From the NCBI GenBank assembly GCA_965644295.1, contig CBFFRP010000426.1, forward strand, positions 62,001-126,000: a stretch of DNA of 64,000 nt. Direction: 5' to 3'. Within the stretch, counting starts at the first letter, position 1. The number at the start of each line of letters is the position of its first letter. Below are positions 37,101-50,314 of the stretch, one piece after another. The notes under the pieces were generated by a model. That model was not told the origin of the DNA and did not search any database. It was given only the letters and a program-made list of their open reading frames with translations. The translations under genes and the position numbers were made by a program. Source of the DNA: Paraphysomonas bandaiensis. Lineage: Eukaryota; Protista; Chrysophyceae.

Positions 37101-39135
37101 CCGGGCGCTGCAACACCCAACGACATCGACGATCCGGAAATTACAGGGGTGGAAACTACAGGGATGACACACAATACAAGCGAAGTACTATCATCACCAT
37201 CAGCCGGAGCAAGGATAGCGGCAGGCACAAGAAGAAAGCCCGTAATGTATCGAGCCTATCACACAAGCGTAACCAAAGGTTTAAAGGAACACGGCAAAGA
37301 AGCCTACCTGGCGATAGTACGGGAGCTGAAGCAGCTGCTGCATGAAAAAAAGGCAATAGTTCCAGTACACCGGAGTGACCTGTCAAAGACTCAACTCAAA
37401 CGAACAATTCGATCGCTGATGTTCTTGAAGACGAAATACGACGGACTCGGAAGGTTCGAGAAAATCAAGGCGAGGCTGGTTGCGAACGGGGCGCAGCAGG
37501 ACCGGAAACTGTACCCAGACACGTCGTCACCCACTGTGGACATACAGTCAGTATTTGCATGCCTAGCAATAGCAGCGAGAGAGGGGAGACATGTATCGAC
37601 AATTGATATAGGTGGTGCATACCTCAATGCGGAGATGTCAGGCGAAGAGGTAATAATGGAATTGGAGCCGATGTTGGCCACAATACTCAGAAAACTAGAC
37701 CCCACAATCCAGCCGTATGTTGATGAAAGAGGCAAAATATTGGTGCGCCTAGACAAAGCGTTATATGGATGCGTGCAGAGCGCAAAGCTCTGGTATGACA
37801 CGATAAGAGCTTACCTGGAAAGCATTGGTTTCGTGGCTAACCCGGTGGATCAGTGTGTTCTCAATAGGACTGTCAACGGCAAGCAGTGCACTATAACACT
37901 ACACGTGGACGATCTGCTAGTGCTATCACAAGACAAGCGTGACACCGAGTGGTTGGTGGAACAACTAAAGAAACAATATGGTGAGGTAAAATACTGTGAT
38001 GACAAAGACATGTCGTATTTAGGTATGCATGTGAGCATGATAGATGACAGGGCAGTGGTGTCAATGAGGGCTTACCTAGACGGAGTGCTGGAGGAGGCAG
38101 CGGTCACTGGCAGAGCAGCATCTCCAGCGACATCATCACTGTTCGCAGAGGGCGCAGGACAGAAATTGGGGAGGAAGGAGGCTGCCAATTTCCATTCAGT
38201 GGTGGCCAAATTGCTATATCTATCGATAAGAGTTAGACCAGACATCCTACTCAGTATAGCGTACCTCACAACAAGAGTGAAGGGTCCGACAATCGGAGAT
38301 CAGCAGAAGTTGGATCGAGTGCTGAAATACCTTGCGCACACAAGGGATCAAGATCTGCAGCTGAAGATTGGAGAGCAGCTGCGGGTAAGAAGCTTCATCG
38401 ACGCTTCGTTCGCCACCCACGAAGACGGAAAAGGGCATACAGGCGTAGTTGTACAGCTTGGAGGGGCCACAGTACTATGCCGATCAACTAAGCAACGAAT
38501 CGTGACGAAAGACTCGACCGAATCCGAGCTGGTCGGCCTATCTGATATGATGTCTAATGCAATGAGATTACATGAGTTTGTGTGTGGGCAGGGCTATGCG
38601 CTTGACCCACCTGTTATTTATCAGGACAACTTGTCGAATCTCAGTCTCGTAACGAAAGGAGGAGGCAAATACCGATCGAAATATCTACGAGTAAGGCAGG
38701 CTTTAGTCGAAGAACACCATGATAGGGGAGACGTGAAGCTTCAGTACTTACCTACAGGAGAGATGTTGGCTGATGTGTTGACTAAACCCCTACAAGGAAA
38801 ATTGTTTCGTCATTTGATATGTCTGATCGTTGGGAACGAGTAGACACATCACAGGGGTGCGTAGAGGAATGAGAGGATGTTCTTTTCAGTTTAGTACTTG
38901 AAGTGACTGTATAAGATATACATAGGGCACATAGAGGTGTATGGTGTTATATTATGCAGTGTGTAGTGTACGGCTGTAGAATAGAGGCATAATTTCCTCT
39001 TACTGAGAAGTTCTGTAGTGAACCTTGCTTTGACTACCTGTAGTGTAGACTGTGTGAAAGCAACGGGGGTATTCCGTCCGTTTATTGATTTGTAACATCC
39101 GTAACATTCGACCGAGTACCGTATTTTTCTCTGCG
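34162..39135 (+). mobile_element. Intact Ty1/copia (CoDi-like) LTR retrotransposon with CG...CG termini
   Basis: LTRs 34162-34448 and 38860-39135 are identical apart from one 11-bp indel. TSD ATGTA. PPT-like CACAGGGGTG directly before the 3' LTR. Confidence 0.97.
34461..38843 (+). CDS. Gag-PR-IN-RT-RH polyprotein, 1460 aa
   Basis: CWGCGEPGHRMNEC; LLDNQAD; KARLVANG; DIGGAYLNA; ALYGCVQSA; LHVDD; IDASFA; ADVLTKPL. Confidence 0.97.
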   Translation: MKKTTNDKPTRFARFGKKPSTDRPEHVPTLRYGANSNFATFKQRLVVVGMQKYGDLARLVELDKYYEPDAINPEDFDLEDDPYGVNLDLMKDKTKTRGRLIDKMRNDRSAFYSFMVDHLSHESMDAVKLLDEYELMNRTKDPLLLWLAIKQTHKVSTNSSVSTVVRAEARKRYKDAKQGAYESIVTYKERFDHLLEAYKDMNNAEMNEEDIAMDFFEGLDDMRYGDFKTSYLNDLTMGTQAAPTHVNEIYTKASKYLTPKRATRAGGGSAFVSKSKSDKGKKSADSDDTPEQQQGNDTKSHNSKRGQKKRQLICWGCGEPGHRMNECPDSSQESENKHCTTTMLNAFTSGSEPFQWYEVLLDNQADVSVVHPRLLNNVRPASKGCTVAGLSGHALELPNVGELDQFFTCKTADELRASVLCQADVEDIYEVTYRQGESFTVHLPDSDLTFYRKNKMYVADMRDWATAKVNVTTVAEREAQYSKVEVARAREARDLIRNSGFDSERDAVQLVSDGNVTGVRLTPSDIRRAFDIYGRPFEAVRGKQTNKKVSRQYADPELKAEQQKEQRLYTDIFSVRQQSFMLTLAEPLGLTIVTSLENETTDQLGLALQEQVNLLRSYGYIPTVTYLDPQPGFKALRGKITGMEIDVAGAGDHLDKIDAKIRRLKETIRSVHSGLPWNLPDANVRDLVRYANSRMNLRRPSTNGTTVAPRVALTGRKPNYKKELSLAFGDYVECYDPKVKSNNAEQARTEPCIALYPSGNANGSWIFLNLKTNKYVSRTNWVKMVTTQIVIDAVNRISSLHNKSHSPVTTSENESREIEDTTPPAENDEIDKPKEPHEEGQMTAIDTDEGHGHTEERERTKITELVDDDGDRADGPSEQEPGAATPNDIDDPEITGVETTGMTHNTSEVLSSPSAGARIAAGTRRKPVMYRAYHTSVTKGLKEHGKEAYLAIVRELKQLLHEKKAIVPVHRSDLSKTQLKRTIRSLMFLKTKYDGLGRFEKIKARLVANGAQQDRKLYPDTSSPTVDIQSVFACLAIAAREGRHVSTIDIGGAYLNAEMSGEEVIMELEPMLATILRKLDPTIQPYVDERGKILVRLDKALYGCVQSAKLWYDTIRAYLESIGFVANPVDQCVLNRTVNGKQCTITLHVDDLLVLSQDKRDTEWLVEQLKKQYGEVKYCDDKDMSYLGMHVSMIDDRAVVSMRAYLDGVLEEAAVTGRAASPATSSLFAEGAGQKLGRKEAANFHSVVAKLLYLSIRVRPDILLSIAYLTTRVKGPTIGDQQKLDRVLKYLAHTRDQDLQLKIGEQLRVRSFIDASFATHEDGKGHTGVVVQLGGATVLCRSTKQRIVTKDSTESELVGLSDMMSNAMRLHEFVCGQGYALDPPVIYQDNLSNLSLVTKGGGKYRSKYLRVRQALVEEHHDRGDVKLQYLPTGEMLADVLTKPLQGKLFRHLICLIVGNE

Positions 39136-39466
39136 ATGTATGTATGTATGTATGTATGTATGTATGTATGTATGTATGTATGTATGTATGTATGTACTGC
39201 TGTACGTATGTAGGTACTCTTGTTCTTTGTTGTACATCTCTCTGCACCAGAACCACATGATGATGCTATGTATGGGTATGGAAGGCGTGTATGGTATATA
39301 TATGCATATGGTACAGTGTAGTGGTGAAGCCTACTAAGAACAACTTGCACTTCACATCATTCTAGAGTGCTTATATACACCCCACATACCACACATATAT
39401 AACCACATCCTCTACACATCACACTACAGCACCTCACCTCTCTCTCCCTCTCTCTCCTATCACATT

Positions 39467-40014
39467 ATGCTAGGAACTATTCGTATCCTATCATCCCCTG
39501 CTGTCAGACACCCCCTTCAACGGTTCAATAGGGTCCCTACTGTATACTCACGTCTATTATCAGCTAATACAGATGAACACAGTAAAACAGCTGTAGTAAG
39601 AGCATCAGAAGGACTGGGTAAGGCACGTGATCTCTTTAAAAAATATGGATATACGTTTGTTGGGACATACTTCAGTGTGTATCTAGTCACTCTTGGGTCC
39701 ATGTATCTCGCATTGGACTATGATCTCTTTAGTGCATCCACTTTTGGTTTGGATCCTGTTACGTTGACTAAAAAGGTATTCATTTTGTTTTATTCATCCT
39801 TACAAATTTAATACGTCTCATTCTTGGACAGGCATGTGACACTGTGGAATTTTATACTGGAAATACAGAGTTGCCTGCATTTATTCGACATAATCCGTGG
39901 GCTGGTGTTTTCGCGATTGCCTGGGTGATGACAAAGTTTACGGAACCTGTTAGAATAGGAGCAACTGTTTTACTAGTTCCTAGAATAGCAAGATACTTAG
40001 GGAAGAAAGTATAG
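39467..40014 (+). CDS. DUF1279/FAM210-like mitochondrial protein
   Basis: LFKKYGYTFVGTY...FAIAWVMTKFTEPVRIGATV; intron ~39776-39830. Confidence 0.85.
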
Positions 40015-40349
40015 GTATCGTTGAAGCCTTTATATATTCTACTCATCCATGAGCGTACTGCACATAATTAATAATGGAAATTTACTTGTACTGTTGTGTT
40101 CTATATATGGGGTGAAGTAGCTTAAAGTTATTTTTGTAAATTTGTGCGTGAGGCATTATTACCATTTTCTATATTGTTAATACATACTAGCGTTAAGAAG
40201 ATGTGGTAACCCTTGAAAGAAATGTATACCGGACTATGCTTTGGCCTTCAATAAATACTATTTATAATTTATAGCAATCACTATTACGTACTAAACTAAT
40301 TATCAATGCAACTTGCGGTATCAATATTACTATTAAAGCTAGGTAATAG

Positions 40350-41582
40350 CAGGGCTAGGGAACAATACAAATATATTGATTTGTGCACCAGCCAAATATT
40401 CCATCAAGAATGTTAAAGTAGCTCACAATAGTATTGCAATAATTAAAAACAATATTATGATTGCCATATGAGAAAAGCTTCTCAACTGTAGGGTGCAAAA
40501 TATACGCCCATGTACTTAAATCCAGAAAAATAAGAAAAATATTATTTACTGGTTTTTACGTACTATCGCTCGCCCTGCACTCTCTATTCATGTATACTAC
40601 TCCTCTTAATATAATATATAATACCATAATATATTATCATATATATATTATATATCACATATATATCATAGTGATAAAAAGAGACGCCTCAACGACTGAA
40701 CGATGAATGCTTACAAAAGTAGAGATATTCACAGCTGTTTTAGGAGTCCGACTTAAGACTTAATCTCACTGTAAATGAGCTCATCTGTAGCAAAGAGATG
40801 TGACGAAACCTGATGAAGCAGAAGATCTCTTATTCGACAAGCAGACCTGCTAATGGGGAAGCTAAAGCAGAGGTAGAATGCTTCCTTGCTACGTGGCTAT
40901 CCAGTCTGCTACCAGAAAATACTAATGCCAAACGATGGTTGTGCTCTATCTTCAGGTTGTGCTCAAGTGGTTGTGTAGAAGAAAGGCTACCGGATGTAGA
41001 CTTATATGATTCCTAATCCCTACTGCTCGACCGAATTCCGATATCACCGCCCTTCTGCTCGACGACTTGAGAAATGTACCTCCATAAATGTGAACGCCTG
41101 TCCAGCGCAGCTAGACTTATTACCTCAGTGCTGCGGTAAAGAATGCACTCTACTACACTTGATATTATTATGATGTTGTTTCTGAAAGCTAATCGACACT
41201 TGTGGTCGGATGCATAATTCAATTATTTTTGAATGAATGTGGTGATAATATGGCTCAGAGAATGAGTAGGAGGAGAGTTGTGACTAGCTAAACAGTAGGT
41301 AGTCTTTCGCTAGCACAGTAGTGTGTTTGGTTATTATTTTATCTTAATGACTAGTACTAAATACGGAATCTACGCAATTACTGAAAAGCGATACTACTAT
41401 ACTGAAATAGTATTGTTGGGACGGTTAAAAAACTCCATAAATATTATTGGTGCTACGCAATTGCTGGAAAGCGATACTACTATATTGCAACAGTATTGTT
41501 GGGCCGGTTAAAAACTCCATATATATAAAAAACCGTGACACTCTCTAACAATAGTTTTGCAATATATTGTTCCCTAGCCCTG
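40350..41582. mobile_element. Non-autonomous hAT element
   Basis: TIR CAGGGCTAGGGAACAATA; 8-bp TSD GGTAATAG/GATAATAG (7 of 8 match). Confidence 0.85.
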
Positions 41583-41617
41583 GATAATAGTACATATTAG
41601 TTATTAGTTTGACAAAC

Positions 41618-42441
41618 CAGGGCTGCGTATTAATTAATTGTCAATTAATTGACGCAGGTTGTAGTCAATTATAATTGCAATTATTACTTGCTGTCTCAAT
41701 TTCAACTATAGCAATTAACTGCAATTATTTAGTACTAAAATACACTAGCTGCGAATATATATATAGCTACCTCAACTGTCATTTCATTCCAGAGGCAACG
41801 ATTCATGCGTAAAAACATAATTAGCACTAAATGTTGAGGAGTCAAGCTCTTGAGCAAGCCCGTCATAACAATCGTAGCTCTACTGAACAACCTCTCAACC
41901 TTATTGGTTGTGCTATGCAAGTGTTTCATCCGTAACGAGTTTGCTGGTTAAGTCTTGCTCGCTTCCGCTGCCTGCTACCATCAAACAAACGTTGCGCTGC
42001 GTCGTCATTCGGAGCTAGACTCGCACCGTCATAATCTTCTTCTTCCTCATCGAACAAATATATTTTAGTTTGATCCTTTGCCGTCGGAGTTACGGCTTTG
42101 TTGCCACATTGAATCTTCACGACTGCCTTTTCGAAAGCAGCGTTATGAATAATAGCAGCACTGTCGCCCAGATGACACTCAACAATCGGGTGCATTATGA
42201 AGGGTTCGTCAATCAAATTGGATTTTTTTACTAAAAATGCCGTTTTTTAACAACTTTTCAGCTTAAAAAGGTGGGTTTTTTAATATCAATTAATTGCACT
42301 AAATTGACAGTTAATTGATGCTAGCTGGAGTCAATTATAATTGCAATTATGAATCGATGTCCCAATTTCAACAATTGCTATTTCAATAATTGACAATTAA
42401 TTGCAATTAATTGAAAATCAATTAATTGATACGCAGCCCTA
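41618..42441 (-). mobile_element. Internally deleted hAT element with a transposase C-terminal remnant
   Basis: TIR (C/T)AGGGCTGCGTAT; perfect 8-bp TSD TGACAAAC; hATC-like TTNKVERLFSRA. Confidence 0.92.
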
Positions 42442-42460
42442 TGACAAACAATCAATGTCA

Positions 42461-45400
42461 CTATAGATTGCGTAAAGTTTCCTTCTCAACGACGGAGGAT
42501 GTATGATGCTGAAAACAGAAAACAAACATCCAATTATTACATTCACATACACTCAATATCACAATTCTGTAGACAGCAGTTCATCCACTATTCTATTTGA
42601 TGAAAATTCAGTAGCTTTAACAGAAATATTTGGTCCGGTAAAAGTACGTTCCCTACTATTACAGGTTTCAATCAAAACTATTAGCACTTTTTTGTCAATA
42701 GTGTCATAATCAAATTCGAGGGTCTGAAGCTTACTCAATCCAAACTGAATAGCATAGTTTATACCCTCAATGATTTCAGCAGGAAGAGTGGCACCAAATA
42801 TTCGAATCTCCTGCAGTGATATAAAAAGATGACAGAATCACACCAATAACTATTCACCTTTAAGTATGAATTTCGAACTAAACATTTGAAACACTCCGCG
42901 TAACATGGCAGCAAAGAATAACCAGTGTTGAATTTCAATACTAAGCTTTCAATCGATTGGCTGTCCTGAAGTAAACATTTTATACTATTTTAAATATACA
43001 CTATAATTACGAACCTTAAGCGCCACCAAAAGTGCAGCTATTCCTAAACTTCCCACACTGCTAGAATCTACAGAAAATTCTTTCATTTTTGCGAAGTTCA
43101 TTGATATTGCCCTGGAAATTCTCGCAACCCCTTTGAACGGCATAATAACTTCGCTAAAATGTAGCGATAGTGGTTCCTCCCTAGTATTGAGCAAGTAGAA
43201 CAATTCCCGTGCCCCATTATCTGATATCGACCCACCACAAAAGATAATTTTGTCGCCAGTGAAATAGCTAGTTACCTCCTTTATAACGCTCGTGTGCTCT
43301 CCAGCGGACTGAGAAAATATAGTGCGTGCGTTCTGAATAAGATATGTCAGTTCGTTATGTCGAAGGGTGGTGTTGGAGCAATCAACTATCAATATGCCTG
43401 TCTGACGCAGACGAAAAACATGATTATGATACTCCTCAGAAACAAAATCTTTTGTCGATCCTTTTTTCATTCTATCAACACGACGAAATATGGCTTCTAC
43501 GCCGCACTGCTTAGCCCCTGTTTGTATTTGCATCTCTCGGGGGCTAGATTGTTTTATCTCACAGCATCTTAACACACATCCAAACTCCATAAGCCGAAAT
43601 ATTCGTGACAGTACAAACCGTCTGTGTACTGCTCTCACCTTTTTCTCCCATACCCGCATAGTCTCTACAATTTTTTTCCTCGCAACTACTTTCTTCCATG
43701 CGAGACACACCCTAAACCAGCACTGAATACTGAGTCTAGCAGTACTTATACGTAGTACAACATCACGTCCTGCAAAGAAACTGCGGTACAATAATTTATA
43801 CAACGTTCGCCCCGTCACAATATCCGAAACCTCGTCTCTGATATAACGTTCACGCCTCACACACGCGGTTCGAAGCCTCCCAAGCATTCCTCTTACATGA
43901 CGTTGAATCAAAGCAGCCATTGCAGTTTTCAGCTGAAAGAATTCGACAATATTTCCAAGCACTGTTGGGACAGCAGCATGAGCAGTGTTTAAGCGGACCA
44001 TACTGCGGAGTCGGAAAAGTGCTGCCCAACTCTGAAACGCTCGATTTAATTTTAACGACGTAAAGTTATGTAAAACATAACTCGGTGCTTTATTTAAGAG
44101 TTTCGGCCATCCAGGAGTTGACTCTACGCGTCGCCCAGTACTCCAATTCATTATAGAAATACTACCACCAACATAACCTGGAGGACTTGAAAAGTTCCAG
44201 TTGTGTGTATTAACGGGACAGAAAACCCGACGACGAATTACTTTATAAATCATTGCTTCTACTAACCCATGCACCAGTGACTGCTGCATTGCCTTTCGTC
44301 GAAGAACAGGGAATGAAAACTTCTTGTACGCTTTAGTGCACACTCTAGAAAAACGTTCCAGAGCAAGAATCTTAACTTGCGCAAAAACCATTCTGTCGAG
44401 CTGGCCAAATGCTTTTTTCAAAAATTTAAAATGAAATAATTCAACGAATTGGCCGATTCCATATTTGCGTCGGCATATTCGTAACAAAACCAACTTCCGC
44501 ATTTGTTTAATCCACCATTTTCTAATCTTAGATGCAGCACACTGCCTCTTGAAACCTGTTCTCTTCAAAAAAATTGACCATGCCGAAAATAACCGTGCAA
44601 GATATCTTGTCCATGAACGATGGTATAAATACTCCACCCTACCGAGCTGATAAATTCTTCTAGCTTTGCGTTTATATGCAATATACATTCTTGCTCTCCT
44701 TTGAACTCGATAGACGGAATGCATGAAGCGCCAGCGGAGGAGGAACTTGTCGTAGAGAACGTAGACATGTTTGATGTTACCAGCTACTGTAAACTCCCTT
44801 TTTGCACGCAAGAAGTTGATTCGCATTTTCTCTTTCCTTCTCGCATATATAATAGGGAGCCGGAAGGCGAGCAATCTCTTAGCGCGTTCCACCAAACGAC
44901 CTAAGAGCACTTCTCGCCATGCTTGCCAATGTTGACGCACCATTATCTTAAGAAGATTAGCTTTAATTTTTTCACAAGACGGGTTATTCACAATAGTGGT
45001 CAGACGGTCATCCAACTTTTGTCTCTTGAATGCTAATATTCGATTTCTAGTGAACTTTCGTATCGTATTCCGGGATCGTCGTTGTATCTTGTTCGCATAG
45101 AGAGCTCGCCACCTATCAGCAGAAATCAGACAAAAAAAGAAACGCAACACAACCATACTTCCGAATCCATTTCGGCATTTCATATTTACGCCTTATCTTC
45201 AAAAGAGCCATCAGCTTCTTGGTCGCCCATCGTAGAACGGCAGAACACCGAGATGTTTTCACGAACTCAACTATCAGATCCGCGCACCTATCCCTGCTCG
45301 TCTGAAGCCATATTCTGTTCCACGCCTTCAGGATCTGCATAAGGTGCATACTGTGATGGATCTCGCATGCCATAAGATATTTTTGGTTTGCAGCACGATG

Positions 45401-46714
45401 GCGGTAGTATGTTGTCCATCTACGTTTTCGAGCATAATAACATCTCCACGCCATTTGAAGACGCAGCGCCGAGGAGGCACGAAGTGCTTTATGATCGACG
45501 GCATTGTAACGCCAACGACGAACTCTATGCCGCATGAGGCGCTGCAAGTTCGCAGTTCGCATCTTCTGAGCCCTCACAAGCCGCTTATTATATTCTTCTC
45601 TACGCCACTGTACACGATCATACGTAGCCTCCCAGTTGTATCTCGTTAAAAATCCACGCACTGCCGCTTGAATGGTGGTCGCAAATACGTTCTGAGCTGC
45701 AAACCTGTACGATATATGAGTGCAACAAAACAATCTATCACCTCCTTACGTTTTCTTGTAGTCCTCGCCTTGCTCCATCTCCAACAACTGCCGGCGACAG
45801 GACATATTCCAGTGATTAAATGCATATGCGCGTTGCAGCAAACTGAACTTCTCCTGTGGGCGGTTATGTCTAATGATCACTTCAAGACACTCATGCAGCG
45901 CTTCATCCTGCAGTGGCGCGCACGTATAGGCCACCCAATAGGCTTCCTCTGCAAGTAAAATACACGCCGTGGTCTCTAGATGACGCCCAATATTCATCCA
46001 AGTTTTGTAGTTCAGAAACCATACAAATCCCATGCGATCAGTCAAAGGGTGTCCGCGATGATGGTAAGTGTACGCCTCAATGATCATAGCTTCATACCGC
46101 CGTTTGTTCTTTAGTATAGCATCCTTCGACTTCAAGTGTGCTGTATCGCCTCTGATATGATGAGCACAATGCATGTACACAATGTATATAGGAACATCTG
46201 TACCAGCTACTACCATAACGCCGTTTTCATCGGGCACTGGAAGCTCTATCGTTATCAACTCGCATAGATGCCGCATGTATTTAATAGCCTCGGAATGCGG
46301 ACCCAGCTTACGAAGTAATGTCCACGTCTGCAGAACAACCAAACTGTTAGATAGATGTCCACAGAATCCAGCGTACTGCATTGTCTTCATAGCTCCCACT
46401 AGGTTTCCAGTCTTGATGTATATGTGCGTTAACCGCACAAATTCAAAAGATGGAATTAACGAACCCTCCGCAGAAGAAAATAAAGCTGAATAGGCTTCCT
46501 GTATTTCATCTAGCGTAAATTTTGAATCCCCACACTTCCAAGCTGAGTAACACGCATCTACATATAACTGTATGACATTTGGATCTTGTAATGGAGCTCT
46601 TCGTAAGAGAACCACACAGAGCTTATAGTCTCCAACTTGAAAGGCCTCTCGAGCCTTAGAGAGGTACATGAGACCATTAATGGATATAGAAGCTCGTTTA
46701 GAGTTTCTTCTCAT
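42461..46714 (-). CDS. Large multi-exon protein: TPR-like N-terminus, multiple IQ motifs, LRR-like C-terminus
   Basis: ORFs 45746-46714, 45116-45733 and 42985-45183 plus small 3' exons join through ~45-55 nt introns; IQAAVRGFLTR, IQRHVRGMLGR, LQMAWR. Confidence 0.8.
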
Positions 46715-47304
46715 GATTGTTATGAATATATGGATAGATACGTCACTCTACCCCTCAATGGAGTTCCCTCACGTTTGTGTTGGGTTCATTTTATCAAATC
46801 AAGTCTGTTTCCCCCTCCTTCAGTATCATCTGGAGGTCTCTGGTAGCTATATACCACTATGTTTAATATGAAGGGTGTGTATGTATGTATGTCGCTGTAT
46901 GTATGTATGTATGTCGCTGTATGTAATTCACATACGCATATTAGCACATGCACTTAAGAAGAAGTCAACTTCGTCATGTACATATACATACATATATAGA
47001 GGGAGATACCCCACTGCTGTATATATACATACAACAGCAGTTACTTTCCTACACATAGTTGTATATTAAACATATAATACAGTATAAATACAGTATAATA
47101 CAGTGCACAGTGATATACGTAGGATATATATATAGGTACCCTTGTGTATATCTGCCTATGTATACATACATACTATATGTGGGTGCATGTATATGAGTAT
47201 GTAGCGTGCATATGTGCATATATATAGCCGAACAGTAGATAGTACCTCTACTGCTACAACATTGTTGTTCACTGCATTAGAATTGAAAAAACTGTTAAAT
47301 CATC

Positions 47305-47661
47305 ATGGCAGATGAGGATCCAATGGCATATCTCAATGCCATGAAGGCAAAGATGGCTCACATGGAAGAGTTACAAACAGTAGGCGACGAGGCACTAGCA
47401 GCAGCGGCTAATGCCAAAGAAAGCATGGAGAGAATAGATGCCATGCTTTCAGAGCCTGCTGAAACGAAACAATCTTCTTCTTCTTCGAATAAACCTCCTC
47501 CAGGCTTGAAACCTGACGAAGAAGTTGAATGGTGGAACAGACGGATTGCAGCACTGTCTGGTGATGTGGTTCCAGATGCAAAGCATGGTAATAATTCTCA
47601 ATCAGATTACGATGGTGATAAACACCAGAGTCAGAAGGCGTATAAATCATACAAGAAGTAA
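47305..47661 (+). CDS. Small hypothetical protein
   Basis: 118-aa ATG ORF with protein-like composition, divergent from the preceding gene. Confidence 0.7.
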   Translation: MADEDPMAYLNAMKAKMAHMEELQTVGDEALAAAANAKESMERIDAMLSEPAETKQSSSSSNKPPPGLKPDEEVEWWNRRIAALSGDVVPDAKHGNNSQSDYDGDKHQSQKAYKSYKK

Positions 47662-48090
47662 TGTATAGATGTACATTTGTTGGAATGCCAGTTTTTGAAC
47701 TTTGTACATTTACGGTCGTAGTCATAACTTGAATTGACGCATGTGTCCCATTTCATCGTAACGTATGTCAGACCAACGCGTGAAGATTGTATGGAAACAC
47801 CAGAAGCAAATCACATTTTATTATGTACTTACTCACTTAATAATCCATTTCGAAACTATATATCTATATGTCATTTGTCCGTAATATATCACAATTGCTT
47901 TTCTAGGCAACAGGCCCAGTCAACAATTTTTAAGAACTTGATGATAGTGCATGAAGTAAAGAATTATTAATCTCTATAACAACGATCATTTCGTCAGATA
48001 TACATGGCTATAGTTCCACATAATATTTAAGGATATTTCGATTAAATTAATATCGAACCAACTGTACAAAAAGACAAAAGATAGCTAGGT

Positions 48091-49953
48091 TCATTTCCCA
48101 ATACAGAAATCTCTAAAAATAACATCTAATAGATCTTCCACCTCTACAGCACCAGTTAGTTTTCCTATTTCTCGCATAGCCAATCTAAATATATAAGGAA
48201 AGTAAATGCTTTTGATATATGAAATTATAGAATGTAATCATACCTTAGCTCCTCAGCTGCCATGTCCATAGGAAGGTCCTGCAGTAGAAACCTCTCGAGA
48301 TGCTCGGCACAGTTCCTGATATGAGTTCTATGCCTTTGTCGAGTAATGAGAGCACCCTCTTGTATACCACTACCACTACTATCACCATACACGGCTCGCT
48401 TTACCGCCTCCGCAAGACCTTTCTCCAAGGCATCTAACCCTTCCCCAGTTCGACACGATATTCCAAATCTAACTCTTTGACCCCAGTCACCTACTTCAAC
48501 GGCACCGAGGTCAGTCTTGTTCAAAACTACTAACTCTGCAGTCTCAGTTTCATCATGGTGCGTCGACTCGCCTGATAACAAAGAAGACGAGAGCTTGCGG
48601 GTTGATTCAACGCAAGTGGGATCAGAAGCATCCACCACTAAAACTTTCACGTGGGCGGAAGTAAAGACCTCTCTAAAATATTAAAATACACAGAGTCACT
48701 TTACAACGAAGCAATGATATAACCACGTACCCAGCCCTCCGAATTCCTTCCCTTTCAATCTCATCAGCAGCCTGGGGGTCAGCTCGAAGGCCAGCGGTGT
48801 CACTAACTATACAAGATATGCCACCCAAGTCCATTCGCACTTCCACGACATCCCTACAGATAAGGTGATTAATATCACTAAATATCTAACCTCTAACGAT
48901 ATTATTAAAATATTGAATAGTGACTAACCGTGTAGTTCCTGCAACGGGCGAGACAATAGCAGTGGGTCGCTTTGTGAGAGCATTCATGAGGGAAGACTTG
49001 CCTGAGAGATGCTTATGTAAAGTAGTGTTCGCATTCGGCTATGCACCTGCATTTGGCAAACCGACAAGAGCAACCCTCACTCCTTCTCTTACAATCTCCC
49101 CCCTATGGGCATCTCGTAAATGAATGCGCACTACTTTCAAAAGCTCGGTGACACGAGGAACGAGTGCCCACATAGCCTCGTCGTTTATGTCATTTTCACG
49201 GTCATCATCTCCGAAGTCTATTACAGCTTCACAATGGGCAAGGCATGACTTCAATTCATCTCTAAAGTGCATCAGTTACAGAGAGCAGCAATATCAACAT
49301 ATGCTATCCAATTTACGGCAATAGGACAATATGAGAGGCATAAAGAATAAATACCTCCACGACTCGTATGTTCTACGCATGTGTCCCTCCATTTGTCTAA
49401 GTGCCTGCTTGCGTTGCTCAGACGTGTCCGCACATAGTAGATCCCCAATGCCTTCAATTTCAGTCAAGTCCATTCTGCCGTTATCGTAAGCACGCTTTGT
49501 GAACTCTCCTTTCTCTGCTGGGCGCAGCCTTTGTCCATCTTGAAAACTCTCATTCAAACTCTCGAAAGAAGTAAATAAACCATCAACCACTGCCCGACTT
49601 CCATGAACATGTAGTTCAACCATGTCTTCTCCTGTGTAACTTTTAGGTCCAGGAAACCAGAGTATCACACAATGATCAAGTAATTCATTCGTAACTGGGC
49701 ACATTATACGCCGAAGAGACGCCCGTCGTGGAATCGGAATCGAAGCATTCGCACCTATTAAACTTCTCATACATTTTTCTGACAAACTTCCAGATATTCT
49801 AACAACAGCAATCCCTGTCTTGAGTAAAGGGCCAGAACTTAGAGCATATATGGTATCATTGTGTCGTATAGACGGCAGTTGCAAATATCTTCGTCCTAAT
49901 GCATGTTTATCCACCTTTACACGTGGAAGTATCTTAAAAACTGCACTTAGCAT
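48091..49953 (-). CDS. GTPBP3: Mitochondrial tRNA-modification GTPase MnmE/MSS1/GTPBP3
   Basis: DTIYALSS...[19 protein letters not shown]...GEFTKRA; GLPNAGKSSL; GTTRD; DTAG; NKTD; C-terminal FCIGK; 6 exons. Confidence 0.96.
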
Positions 49954-50314
49954 AGGGTTCAAGCACCCAGGTGCAGTAGGAATGATGATATGATGTGTAA
50001 CAACAAGAAGGTTAAGTGTTCTATTTTAACAATACATGAACCAGTTTTGTACTTGCTGGAAAGAAAACTATAAACTGAATCTATGTATCTCTATAAGATA
50101 CCATAAGGAAAAACATGAGGTGGTTGCTAACTTCCTTTTTGACGATCCCGTCCTCTGTACTCTGTACTATACTATCGTATACATACACACTCATATGATA
50201 CCATAGTGTAGTAGAGTCCATTTATGTATACCATACGATTCTATACGACCACATAGACACGTCAATCATATCTATACATACATATACATCACTCATATCT
50301 CTGCTATACGAAAT

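Noticed and set aside
38858-38861. TG start for the 3' LTR, which would make the ends canonical
   Set aside because: The 5' LTR has TA at that position and neither LTR ends in CA; the TG belongs to the PPT-like tract.
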